From Fibrobacterales bacterium (GTDB lineage: Bacteria; Fibrobacterota; Fibrobacteria; Fibrobacterales; JAOPTW01): 40,297 nt of DNA. The notes below the pieces were generated by a model that worked only from the letters and a program-made list of their open reading frames with translations, did not search any database and had not been told where the DNA came from. The stretch is taken from positions 1-40,297 of the forward strand of contig JAOPTW010000050.1 in assembly GCA_051532035.1 (NCBI GenBank), in the 5' to 3' direction. Below, in pieces: positions 27,534 through 36,182 of the stretch. Position 1 is the first letter of the stretch; each line of letters begins with the position of its first letter. The position numbers and the translations under genes are program-made.

Positions 27534-30500
27534 ATGGACATATTGAAATCACCAAATCAATCATTCAAGATATATTCATGGAAACAAACTTACCTAAAAG
27601 TTTTTCGTTTATTGATATTTTTCAGCTTCTTTTTTTACTCCTCATTATTTGGACAAGAAACACCAACCTATAAATTAAACCCTCAGTCCAAATCAAGTAT
27701 GTGGATAGTCATATTTGAAGGTGAGTACCTCGGTTTTTCCACTTTCCAATATGACCCCAGTACAGATGACTATTCTATCTCACCGGATATTTCAAAAAAC
27801 CTTTACGAATCCCCTCTCAAAGATTATTTGCCAAAAACAAAAAACATATTCAATCTGCAAATTAAGGATATCGAAAAAGTCGGCTTTTCCATAACGTTCA
27901 AGCCATCTTCCTCTGAATGTATCATTAAGCATACTATTCAAAGTGTCTCAAAAAACATTAGAACTATTATTAAAGACCCCAAGTCCCATCAAAAACCTCA
28001 ATCTAGCCTTACAGATAAAAATTTCGATGCCACAACAGACATTACTACGGAACCCAAATACTTCTCCCCACCCATAAACATGCTACGAAAATCACTTGCA
28101 GAGGCTCTTCACAAAATAAACCTATTGGAATTAAAAAACCAAATGATCGAAAAAAAACAGGGCCTCCTTCAATCAAGCATTCATAATCAGACTGCAACTT
28201 CCGATGACCGGCTACAATTTAATATTTTGAAAAAACTAGAGCAATTAGAGAAAAAGCAGGAGAATCTCTCAACCTCTTTTCAGAGCTCCTCTTTCAAAGC
28301 TGCTTCTCCTATAATCGAGAGTCAGAAAGACACGGCTCAGCCCAAACAAACGAACAATACTACCGTTAAGAAGAAAAAGTTCATTCAGGATGGTGAAGAA
28401 TTTAAAACAAAAATGACACGGGATGAAATGTTTCAAAAGGCATTTGGAAAGGTATTTGCGAAGGCGCCTGACAATTTCCAGGCAGAACTTATCATTGACA
28501 ATGAGCAACAGAATATGGTTCTCACTGTCGACCTTAAAAATCAGACCCTTGAAAATAAACAACTTATCAATGCACTCACGTCAATTATAACACCGGACTC
28601 ACTTAAGTATATGCAGTCTTTGGTAAAGCCAGGACCAATATCAATCAAACTTCTTAAAAGCCTTCACTTTTCAGTAGAAACAAACTTTGAAACGTTTACC
28701 TGCTATATTGGCATTCCTTCAGGCTGGCGCTCCTACAAGGCCAACCTCATCAAAAAAAATTCTCAACTTGCCGAGCAACTACAAACGCCCCATCCTTTTT
28801 CTGGCTATATTAATGCCCGGGGGCGAAAAAGATTCAAAAAAACTGACCTCAAAGATGCAACGGAATGTGACAGTAACTGCGTTGAGAGTTTGATCCTCGA
28901 AAACAACCTAGTATCCAAACCACTCAGTGTCAATTTTGATGGAGCTCTGAACCTTTTTTCTTTCGTAACTGAAGCAAACGCCAGTTATTATCAGGGGGGG
29001 AGCCAGCAGCCTTTCTCTATTACCAATATCAGAACTATTAAAGATGTAACAGATTTCGATATTAGAATAATTGCAGGTGAAATTTCTGGCGGTAGTGGCG
29101 GTACCCTCCAGGGCATTAGTCTCAGCCAAAAAAACCAGCTCTCTGGTCATAAAAATGCACATAAAATTAGTGAGACTGAATTCGAAATCAATACTGATTC
29201 AGAAGTGAAGATCAAAATTATTGGCAAGCAAGATATCATAATCCAACTTCCTGCAGGTCGCCATTTTATTGCCGACCTACCCAATACCCAACAAGAAAAT
29301 AGCATTAAACTTGAAATAACTGACTATGCTGGTTCAAAACAAACATTGACCTATGACTTCTTGGGGCAAAGCAATACCCTTTCAACAAACAAGACACAAT
29401 GGAATGTTGCTCTTGGTTACCCTGCTGCACGTAATATTTTAAAACAATCATTTAATAATGACTCATTAGGTGCCTCTGGTTCACTTACTGCTTCACCACT
29501 TAATTGGCTCAATTTAAAACTTGCATCTACACAAAAAATATATGGTGAGAATATCTCAAGCCTATACCTATCTTTAAAACTGTTCAAGACAACATACACA
29601 TTCAGTGTAAATGAATCATATAGCAGTAATGTTCTTGGCTGGTCTACAGGTGGTGGTCTTTCAAAGCCCATGATTATAACCTCATCTGCCATCGGTGGGA
29701 AGCCTGTTCAATCATTATTAACCTGGAAACTCAGCACCCTCTTCAATAGTAAAAACTACAATCAATCTCACTACGATACCTACAACCTAGAAATGATGCG
29801 TACAACCAGTTCCCTTCAATTGTCCCTCCCGCAAGCCACGAGCCTTGGGTTCGAAACAGGATACACTATTGTGCGGGACTCTGTAGGCATTACTCACAAC
29901 TCAGCAAACACCTATGTATTTAAATTCAGCCTCAATAAATCATGGGACGCGCTCTCTTCAAATTTTTATGCTTCTTACACCGGTAGTAAAACAGAAGGAA
30001 ATGATCTTATTCTCGGTGCAAATGCCAATTATAATTTCTCCGTCGGAAATCATACATTTAACCTGAGTGATCAATTATCTCAAGAAAAAGTATATCCTGT
30101 AAGTAATGATATTACCTCGATAAACAATACCCAAAACCGTGCATCGACAAAAAAATGGAATAATCAAGGAAGTGTTGGCTGGTCCTATTCTAACTACACC
30201 CCTGGAAGCATCAATTTCGGAGCTGGAGCTGATGCAACACTCACAGAAACGGCTAATGATGTGGGGATGAATGGAAGCCTTAATTCTCAATGGGGTGATA
30301 TAACCACTAATTACAGAGTAATTGATCAACAGAATGAATTTGTCAATGCTATTCAACACGAGGCCGCCATAGGAGCACGATTCGGAATCGCTTGGGCCGG
30401 TACTTCAGTCGCTCTCACACGTCCTATTAATGGTAGTTTCGCTATTATTCGTGGTAAAGAGAATATGCTTTTTCGACCAATTAGAATCAACCCGATGGGC

Positions 30501-31004
30501 ACCTATACCGAACAAGCAACCGCCTATCCACTCTTTCCCGGTATGCTTCCCAATATAAGTGACTACAATCGTACGACTCTGATTCTCGACCCCAGTCTGC
30601 CCATTGGTTCAAAACCAGTGCAGACTATGTATATTCTTCAGTCAGAATACAAGTCAGGCTTTGAAATTCCTATTGGCACATCCAATACCGCGATTTTGCT
30701 GGGCTCTCTTACAATTGAAACAGGTTCACCAATTAAACGGCGAATATTTCAGATATTTAACATTGATGAATCAAATACCCCGATTGAAAATGAGAAACCT
30801 TTAACCTCCTTCACTAGTCAATTTGGTCGATTTCAAGCTCCTGGCATCTCACGTGGACGCTACTTAATTTCCGTTGCTATTGACAAACTGACCTATTCCA
30901 TTATCATAAACATTGATACTGACAAACTCGGATTAATTGAAGTGGGTGATCTCAAACTTAAAGTGGGCAAACCGGAAGAGACTAAACTCAGTGAAAAACC
31001 CTGA
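27534..31004 (+). CDS. Fimbrial outer-membrane usher 2 (~1156 aa, N-terminally extended)
   Basis: Paralogue of usher 1: FSGYIN, NFDGALNLFS, GIAWAGTSVALTRPINGSFAII, YKSGFE, SFTSQFGRFQA. Confidence 0.85.
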   Translation: MDILKSPNQSFKIYSWKQTYLKVFRLLIFFSFFFYSSLFGQETPTYKLNPQSKSSMWIVIFEGEYLGFSTFQYDPSTDDYSISPDISKNLYESPLKDYLPKTKNIFNLQIKDIEKVGFSITFKPSSSECIIKHTIQSVSKNIRTIIKDPKSHQKPQSSLTDKNFDATTDITTEPKYFSPPINMLRKSLAEALHKINLLELKNQMIEKKQGLLQSSIHNQTATSDDRLQFNILKKLEQLEKKQENLSTSFQSSSFKAASPIIESQKDTAQPKQTNNTTVKKKKFIQDGEEFKTKMTRDEMFQKAFGKVFAKAPDNFQAELIIDNEQQNMVLTVDLKNQTLENKQLINALTSIITPDSLKYMQSLVKPGPISIKLLKSLHFSVETNFETFTCYIGIPSGWRSYKANLIKKNSQLAEQLQTPHPFSGYINARGRKRFKKTDLKDATECDSNCVESLILENNLVSKPLSVNFDGALNLFSFVTEANASYYQGGSQQPFSITNIRTIKDVTDFDIRIIAGEISGGSGGTLQGISLSQKNQLSGHKNAHKISETEFEINTDSEVKIKIIGKQDIIIQLPAGRHFIADLPNTQQENSIKLEITDYAGSKQTLTYDFLGQSNTLSTNKTQWNVALGYPAARNILKQSFNNDSLGASGSLTASPLNWLNLKLASTQKIYGENISSLYLSLKLFKTTYTFSVNESYSSNVLGWSTGGGLSKPMIITSSAIGGKPVQSLLTWKLSTLFNSKNYNQSHYDTYNLEMMRTTSSLQLSLPQATSLGFETGYTIVRDSVGITHNSANTYVFKFSLNKSWDALSSNFYASYTGSKTEGNDLILGANANYNFSVGNHTFNLSDQLSQEKVYPVSNDITSINNTQNRASTKKWNNQGSVGWSYSNYTPGSINFGAGADATLTETANDVGMNGSLNSQWGDITTNYRVIDQQNEFVNAIQHEAAIGARFGIAWAGTSVALTRPINGSFAIIRGKENMLFRPIRINPMGTYTEQATAYPLFPGMLPNISDYNRTTLILDPSLPIGSKPVQTMYILQSEYKSGFEIPIGTSNTAILLGSLTIETGSPIKRRIFQIFNIDESNTPIENEKPLTSFTSQFGRFQAPGISRGRYLISVAIDKLTYSIIINIDTDKLGLIEVGDLKLKVGKPEETKLSEKP

Positions 31005-31018
31005 ATAAAAAATTTATC

Positions 31019-31073
31019 TTGACAAAGATTTCAGTATTGGACTATATTCCTTACTATGTAGTCCAATACTGAA
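31019..31073 (+). promoter_or_regulatory. Internal promoter overlapped by a 15-bp inverted repeat
   Basis: TTGACA(31019)-N18-TATATT; TTCAGTATTGGACTA (31030-31044) / TAGTCCAATACTGAA (31059-31073). Confidence 0.6.
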
Positions 31074-31079
31074 GATACA

Positions 31080-31664
31080 ATGAAAAAAATATTAATTCTA
31101 CTTCCCATACTTATTATAGCAATTGTTGTTTATCTTGCAGCTGATAACACGAATCAGCCTACGTCACTTTCTGCAGAAGAACTTAAAAATTTAAGCTTTA
31201 CTTTTATCCAACACTATAATGATCAGAACTTTGATGAACTTGTTAATGCTTTTCATTATCCTGAAAAGTTCACTCCTCAAGAGCTCTCTAAAGACAAGGA
31301 AGAACTGCATAGACTACTCGACAATACTTATCATTATTGGGGGCCTATTACAAATCATACAATAACAACAAAACCCATTAGTCAAATGAAACTCGCTATG
31401 GCGTCAGCAAATGATTTCTACTGGCATACTATACACTCTTTTGACTCTGTGTATGTGCAAACTAATTTTAAAAATTTCCCCAATGCAGTTCTTGAATTTT
31501 TGTATCACAATCCATCTGGCAAGGCTGAACTAGGTAAGTTCAGTCTTATGGGGCCAGTCGACCATACCCTCGATTCTCTTTCTAGAGAAGTGGCTGTGGA
31601 GTCTGTTGTTAACTCACTTAATATTATATTAAACCGAGGAAAAAACTGGAAAACTCAACGCTAG
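31080..31664 (+). CDS. Hypothetical membrane-anchored/exported protein
   Basis: N-terminal hydrophobic anchor, then a soluble alpha/beta domain loosely resembling NTF2-like/DUF3887 patterns. Confidence 0.6.
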   Translation: MKKILILLPILIIAIVVYLAADNTNQPTSLSAEELKNLSFTFIQHYNDQNFDELVNAFHYPEKFTPQELSKDKEELHRLLDNTYHYWGPITNHTITTKPISQMKLAMASANDFYWHTIHSFDSVYVQTNFKNFPNAVLEFLYHNPSGKAELGKFSLMGPVDHTLDSLSREVAVESVVNSLNIILNRGKNWKTQR

Positions 31665-31785
31665 TTTATTTGGCTCCTCTCTTTTCTACTATTTTTTGCA
31701 TAGCTTATAATTGTCGTGCATACTATTTAAAACAATAATACAATATCAAAAGTTGGAAAAAATTATGATTACGGAGAATATTGAA

Positions 31786-32577
31786 ATGTCACATCAATTT
31801 ACAAACTTGACTAACATATGTAAATCAGCATTAGTTATTTCGTTCTTATGCATTAATTTCATTTGGGCTGGAAATGGTGGCTTTTCAATGCATCCAGTTA
31901 AATTCATATTGAATACTAGTAAAGGCGAGCTTTCCACAAAAACATCTATCAGCTATAACCATGGCGATGCCCCTTGCCCTATTGAGATTTCAATCTATGA
32001 AAGGTCAATTGACGAAAATGGTAACGTAGTATATTCCGACATTCCAACAAATGACTTTGCCGCCTTTCCGGGACAAATGGTACTCATGCCAGGTGAAAGA
32101 CAAATTGTTCAAATCCAATGGGTGGGCAATACACCTCCAGCACAGGAAAAGCAGTATAGCGTTATCGCAACACAAGTGCCTATACAAGGCCTTGAGAGTT
32201 CAACTGCTTCATTTAAACCGATTGGTTCCGTTGAAGCAATTGTAAAATATTCTGGTGTTCTGCTCCTTACAAGTGATGATTTTTTGCCGGACGTAAAAAT
32301 CAATACCTTTACCGAAGTTAATATTGAAAAAAATGTCAGTCTAAAATTTTCTCTCGACAATGAGGGTACCGCAATGCAAAAAATTGACAAATTTTCACTA
32401 CTTGTTAAAAAGAAAAACAATCAAACAGTTGTTATTAAACCTGAATTCCTGATTAACACCTATAACGGACACAGTCTTTTTGCTAATGAAAAACGCTCCG
32501 TTTTCATTAAATGGAATCAAAAATTTAAAATTAGCGATATTACCTCAATTCAGCCTGTATTTGAAATTGATGACTAA
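31786..32577 (+). CDS. Periplasmic pilus assembly chaperone 2 (PapD-like)
   Basis: GGAG SD before ATG 31786; FSMHP, RSIDENG, DFAAFPGQMVLMPG, IQWVG, EKQY; paralogue of chaperone 1. Confidence 0.85.
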   Translation: MSHQFTNLTNICKSALVISFLCINFIWAGNGGFSMHPVKFILNTSKGELSTKTSISYNHGDAPCPIEISIYERSIDENGNVVYSDIPTNDFAAFPGQMVLMPGERQIVQIQWVGNTPPAQEKQYSVIATQVPIQGLESSTASFKPIGSVEAIVKYSGVLLLTSDDFLPDVKINTFTEVNIEKNVSLKFSLDNEGTAMQKIDKFSLLVKKKNNQTVVIKPEFLINTYNGHSLFANEKRSVFIKWNQKFKISDITSIQPVFEIDD

Positions 32578-32610
32578 ATAGAATGAGATATACAATCGAG
32601 ATGCGATAGA

Positions 32611-33192
32611 ATGAATTCTATGCCTATAAAAGTGCAAAAACACAAAAACTTCCTACATGGTTGTTTTCGTGTTTTAGTCATTTTTATCTTTATCAGTGTA
32701 TCTCAGGCTTACTCTCAAAATGAAAGTGCTGTCTGCAGGGGAGCTTATTTTTTAGATCTTGAGTCAAGCAGTACCCAAAAAGATATTATGTATTGCTTTA
32801 TCGATGCTGATGACCCAGATGGTTTTACTATCGACTTTGATTTTGATGGCACATCAGCAAATCTGTCGAATGGTGGCACCTCAAAAACATTTACTTCTCT
32901 TTTTATTGTTGTCCCTTCCAATACCAATTTGGCCAGCGGCTTGCAATATTTGGAGTATGGGGGTACGGAAATCACTTCATCAGGAGTTACCGTTACTCCT
33001 GATGGTAATGGTGTTTTTCAAATAGAAACTAAAACCACAGAAACAGCAGATACCAATTGTGGCGCTGGTTTTAACGAACCGTGTACAACGAGTGGATTAC
33101 TCGTTAAAATAGCAGCATCTTGGACTGGATCAAGTAGTGAAATTGCTGGTTTCTATAATGAAAAAATAGATATTTCTATCGCAGGTAAATAA
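32611..33192 (+). CDS. Minor pilin-like subunit 2 (putative tip)
   Basis: CRGAYFLDLES...YCFID...TSGLLVKIAASW...AGFYNEKIDISIA aligns with 24018-24539. Confidence 0.7.
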   Translation: MNSMPIKVQKHKNFLHGCFRVLVIFIFISVSQAYSQNESAVCRGAYFLDLESSSTQKDIMYCFIDADDPDGFTIDFDFDGTSANLSNGGTSKTFTSLFIVVPSNTNLASGLQYLEYGGTEITSSGVTVTPDGNGVFQIETKTTETADTNCGAGFNEPCTTSGLLVKIAASWTGSSSEIAGFYNEKIDISIAGK

Positions 33193-33267
33193 CTTACTTT
33201 TGCGCATTCCCTGGTACAAAAGTCTAATTTCTTAACCATATCCATTAAACAATTACTATCAAATTCC

Positions 33268-33296
33268 TTGATTTAATACTCAATCTGTCATACAAT
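33268..33296 (+). promoter_or_regulatory. Sigma70-type promoter of the hybrid kinase
   Basis: TTGATT-N17-TACAAT. Confidence 0.6.
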
Positions 33297-33343
33297 CTAT
33301 GAGAACACATATTATTGGGTCTATATAAGCCCTTTACGACTGT

Positions 33344-36079
33344 ATGAAAAAAACTATTAAAGATATTACGCAATTTGATATAACACCATCACACCCTGCA
33401 TTCACCAAATGTCCGGTATGTGATCTTACCATTACAGAACTTTCTGAATATAAACAAGTAGCCATCGGAGAAAACTATTTCTTTAATATTCGTAAGATAG
33501 GTGATTCAATTCTCTATATCCAAAATAGAGGTGACCTCGCTGACGTCAATATGACGCACTACTATGAACTCCTTGAAGCCTTTGTAGAAGAGACCAATGT
33601 AATAAAACCCTATATAGAGATTCGCGATTTTTCTTACCTCAGTGGTCGTATCAATAAGTATGAGCTTTCTATACAAAAAAATTATATCGTCGATCATATC
33701 AAAGAATCATCAAACCTTATTCTTTGCCGATCCCCTTTCTGGACAAGGGCTATTGCCCAAGCCACCCTCAAGGCCTTTAGTATCCCCGTACATTTCTATG
33801 CTGCCCCCACTTATGAAAAAGCCATTAATTATGCACTTGAACGACTCAATAGAAACGAAAGTAAATCACCCTATCGCATTGACTATGCTGACATCTTATT
33901 TAATGAGAATTGGCAGTACACAAATCCTGAAGAAACCTTCTCATATACAAGTGGTATTATACCTGGTACTCTTTTTTACTCTAAACTCTCTGGCAATAGC
34001 ACTCTCATTGACACAGAGAACGCAGTACAAACTTTAGATCAGGTATTTCGTGAAGGAAATTTCCACGGAAAACAGTATTATCGCATTGTTGATTATTCTG
34101 AAATGGGCTCCTCTTCTATAGAAGCACGTCAGAAATATGGTCAAACTCTTGAAGCCATGTTTAAAAAATATAATTGTTCCCCAATGATCACCTATATCTG
34201 TGGTGCAAGCCTTAAAACAAAAATTTTGCTCAAAATTTTTGCTACAATCGTCCACCATGACCTCAAGTTTTGCAGCTCAACCTCAGATGCATTTGATCGC
34301 ATCAACTCGTTTACACCCATTGCCGAAGATCAAGATACAGCATTTTCTATAACACAAAAAGATATTGATGAAACAAATATATTTTTCGGCAAGCTTCTCT
34401 GGGAACAACATGAAAATGATGGCATACATCATCTCTCTCCCGAAAACCCACTCCATCAACTTGATGAAACCTTTGAGCTAGTAAAAAATGATGTTATCGC
34501 ATTAAGAGAAACCGACAAACTACAGTCTCAAAACCTTAATAAAATTTTTGATTCTCTTGCCGTTGCTATTATGGTTATTGATAAACAGACTCTTACCGTT
34601 ATACACGCCAACAATCAAGCTGAACAACTTACCACTGTCCCTAAGGGATTAATGGAAAAGGTTCCCGCCTCCACTCACTTGAGTGACACCCTCATGGGGG
34701 TTATCAATAATTTTAGTAACTATCCTCATTCACAGGTTGAAGGGCGCATCATTTCGTCTGAGAACATAGAAATTCCCGTTCTCGGTAGTATTCAAGAGAT
34801 CGATTACAATCAAAAACCCTGTTATTTACTTTCCTGTATGGATATTAATGATCGAATTAAAAAAGAGGAAGAAGTACAGAGAATTAATGAAGCCCTAGAG
34901 CTACAGACTGCATATGCTACTGAGATGGCTGCAGAAGCAGAACAAGCTAGTGTAGCAAAGAGTGAGTTCCTGGCCAATATGTCACATGAGATCAGAACAC
35001 CAATGAATGGTGTTGTTGGCATGACCCACCTCCTAATGGATACAGAACTATCTGATACACAGCGTGAGTACGTTGAAGCACTCCAAGCGAGCGGAACCTC
35101 TCTCTTAGCCATCATTAACGACATTTTAGATTTTTCAAAAGTAGAGGCTGGCAAAATTGAATTAGAACCCTGCATTTTTAATTTTAAGGCGCTTCTTTTT
35201 GAACTCCAACGGTTTTTCACCCTACAATCTACTCGAAAACCCGTGGAAATATTATTCTCCATCGCTGACGACGTTCCCCATGAGATCATTGCGGATGAAA
35301 CCCGTGTCCGGCAAATAATCACCAATCTTATGGGTAATGCGATCAAATTCACAGGCGAAGGATCTGTTACTCTTACTGTCACCCTTTCAATTAATCAACT
35401 TCATATTGCTATTTCTGATACTGGTATTGGCATTCCAAGTGATAGAATAGATACACTGTTTGATAAATTTACTCAGGCTGATGGCTCCACTACTCGAAAA
35501 TTCGGCGGTACAGGTCTCGGGCTCACCATATCCAAACAACTCTCTCATCTTATGGATGGCGACATTGTCGTAACGAGTATATTAGGAGAAGGTTCTACCT
35601 TTACCTTTATTTTACCTCTCACGCTTCCTTCTAATGAGCAGCAATACTCAACTCGCTCTAGAGGTGACACCCAAGAGAGTGGTATTAAAATTATCCATAA
35701 AGAGCCTAATGAATGCACTATCTTATTAGCCGAAGACAATAAGATCAATGCAATGCTCGCAACAACTTTAATTAAAAAAATGGGATACACTATTGATGTT
35801 GCCCCCGATGGTAAACAAGCACTTGAGTCTTTACCCAATAAAAGGTACGATCTCATCTTAATGGATCTACAAATGCCCGAAATGGATGGCATCGCTGCTA
35901 CGCAAAAGATCCGTAAAAGTAAACAGTATCGTAAATTCTCACATATTCCTATAATTGCCATGACGGCAAATGCAATGGAACACGATCGACTCGCATGCCA
36001 CGAGGCCGGGATGGATGATTTCATCTCTAAACCACTCAATCCAGACACATTACGAGATATGCTTCAGAAGTGGCTATAA
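33344..36079 (+). CDS. Cytoplasmic hybrid histidine kinase (tandem N-terminal sensor domains-PAS-HisKA-HATPase-REC)
   Basis: KSEFLANMSHEIRTPMNG, NLMGNAIKFT, DTGIGI, GGTGLGL, AEDN...MDLQMPEMDG...KP; no TM helix. Confidence 0.93.
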   Translation: MKKTIKDITQFDITPSHPAFTKCPVCDLTITELSEYKQVAIGENYFFNIRKIGDSILYIQNRGDLADVNMTHYYELLEAFVEETNVIKPYIEIRDFSYLSGRINKYELSIQKNYIVDHIKESSNLILCRSPFWTRAIAQATLKAFSIPVHFYAAPTYEKAINYALERLNRNESKSPYRIDYADILFNENWQYTNPEETFSYTSGIIPGTLFYSKLSGNSTLIDTENAVQTLDQVFREGNFHGKQYYRIVDYSEMGSSSIEARQKYGQTLEAMFKKYNCSPMITYICGASLKTKILLKIFATIVHHDLKFCSSTSDAFDRINSFTPIAEDQDTAFSITQKDIDETNIFFGKLLWEQHENDGIHHLSPENPLHQLDETFELVKNDVIALRETDKLQSQNLNKIFDSLAVAIMVIDKQTLTVIHANNQAEQLTTVPKGLMEKVPASTHLSDTLMGVINNFSNYPHSQVEGRIISSENIEIPVLGSIQEIDYNQKPCYLLSCMDINDRIKKEEEVQRINEALELQTAYATEMAAEAEQASVAKSEFLANMSHEIRTPMNGVVGMTHLLMDTELSDTQREYVEALQASGTSLLAIINDILDFSKVEAGKIELEPCIFNFKALLFELQRFFTLQSTRKPVEILFSIADDVPHEIIADETRVRQIITNLMGNAIKFTGEGSVTLTVTLSINQLHIAISDTGIGIPSDRIDTLFDKFTQADGSTTRKFGGTGLGLTISKQLSHLMDGDIVVTSILGEGSTFTFILPLTLPSNEQQYSTRSRGDTQESGIKIIHKEPNECTILLAEDNKINAMLATTLIKKMGYTIDVAPDGKQALESLPNKRYDLILMDLQMPEMDGIAATQKIRKSKQYRKFSHIPIIAMTANAMEHDRLACHEAGMDDFISKPLNPDTLRDMLQKWL

Positions 36080-36112
36080 TACACAATAATTCATTATCTC
36101 ATCTGGTCCAAT

Positions 36113-36145
36113 AAAAAAGCTGACCATCCGTTTGGACGATCAGCT
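36113..36145 (-). terminator. Intrinsic terminator after pheT
   Basis: Minus-strand RNA AGCUGAUCGUCC-AAAC-GGAUGGUCAGCU followed by a U-run. Confidence 0.8.
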
Positions 36146-36182
36146 GGAATAGATTCTATGTAAGAGGCACTCTTATTTTATT

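Noticed and set aside
34822..36048. Long antisense ORFs (186 and 167 aa) opposite the hybrid kinase
   Set aside because: Typical codon-mirror shadows of conserved kinase/receiver domains.
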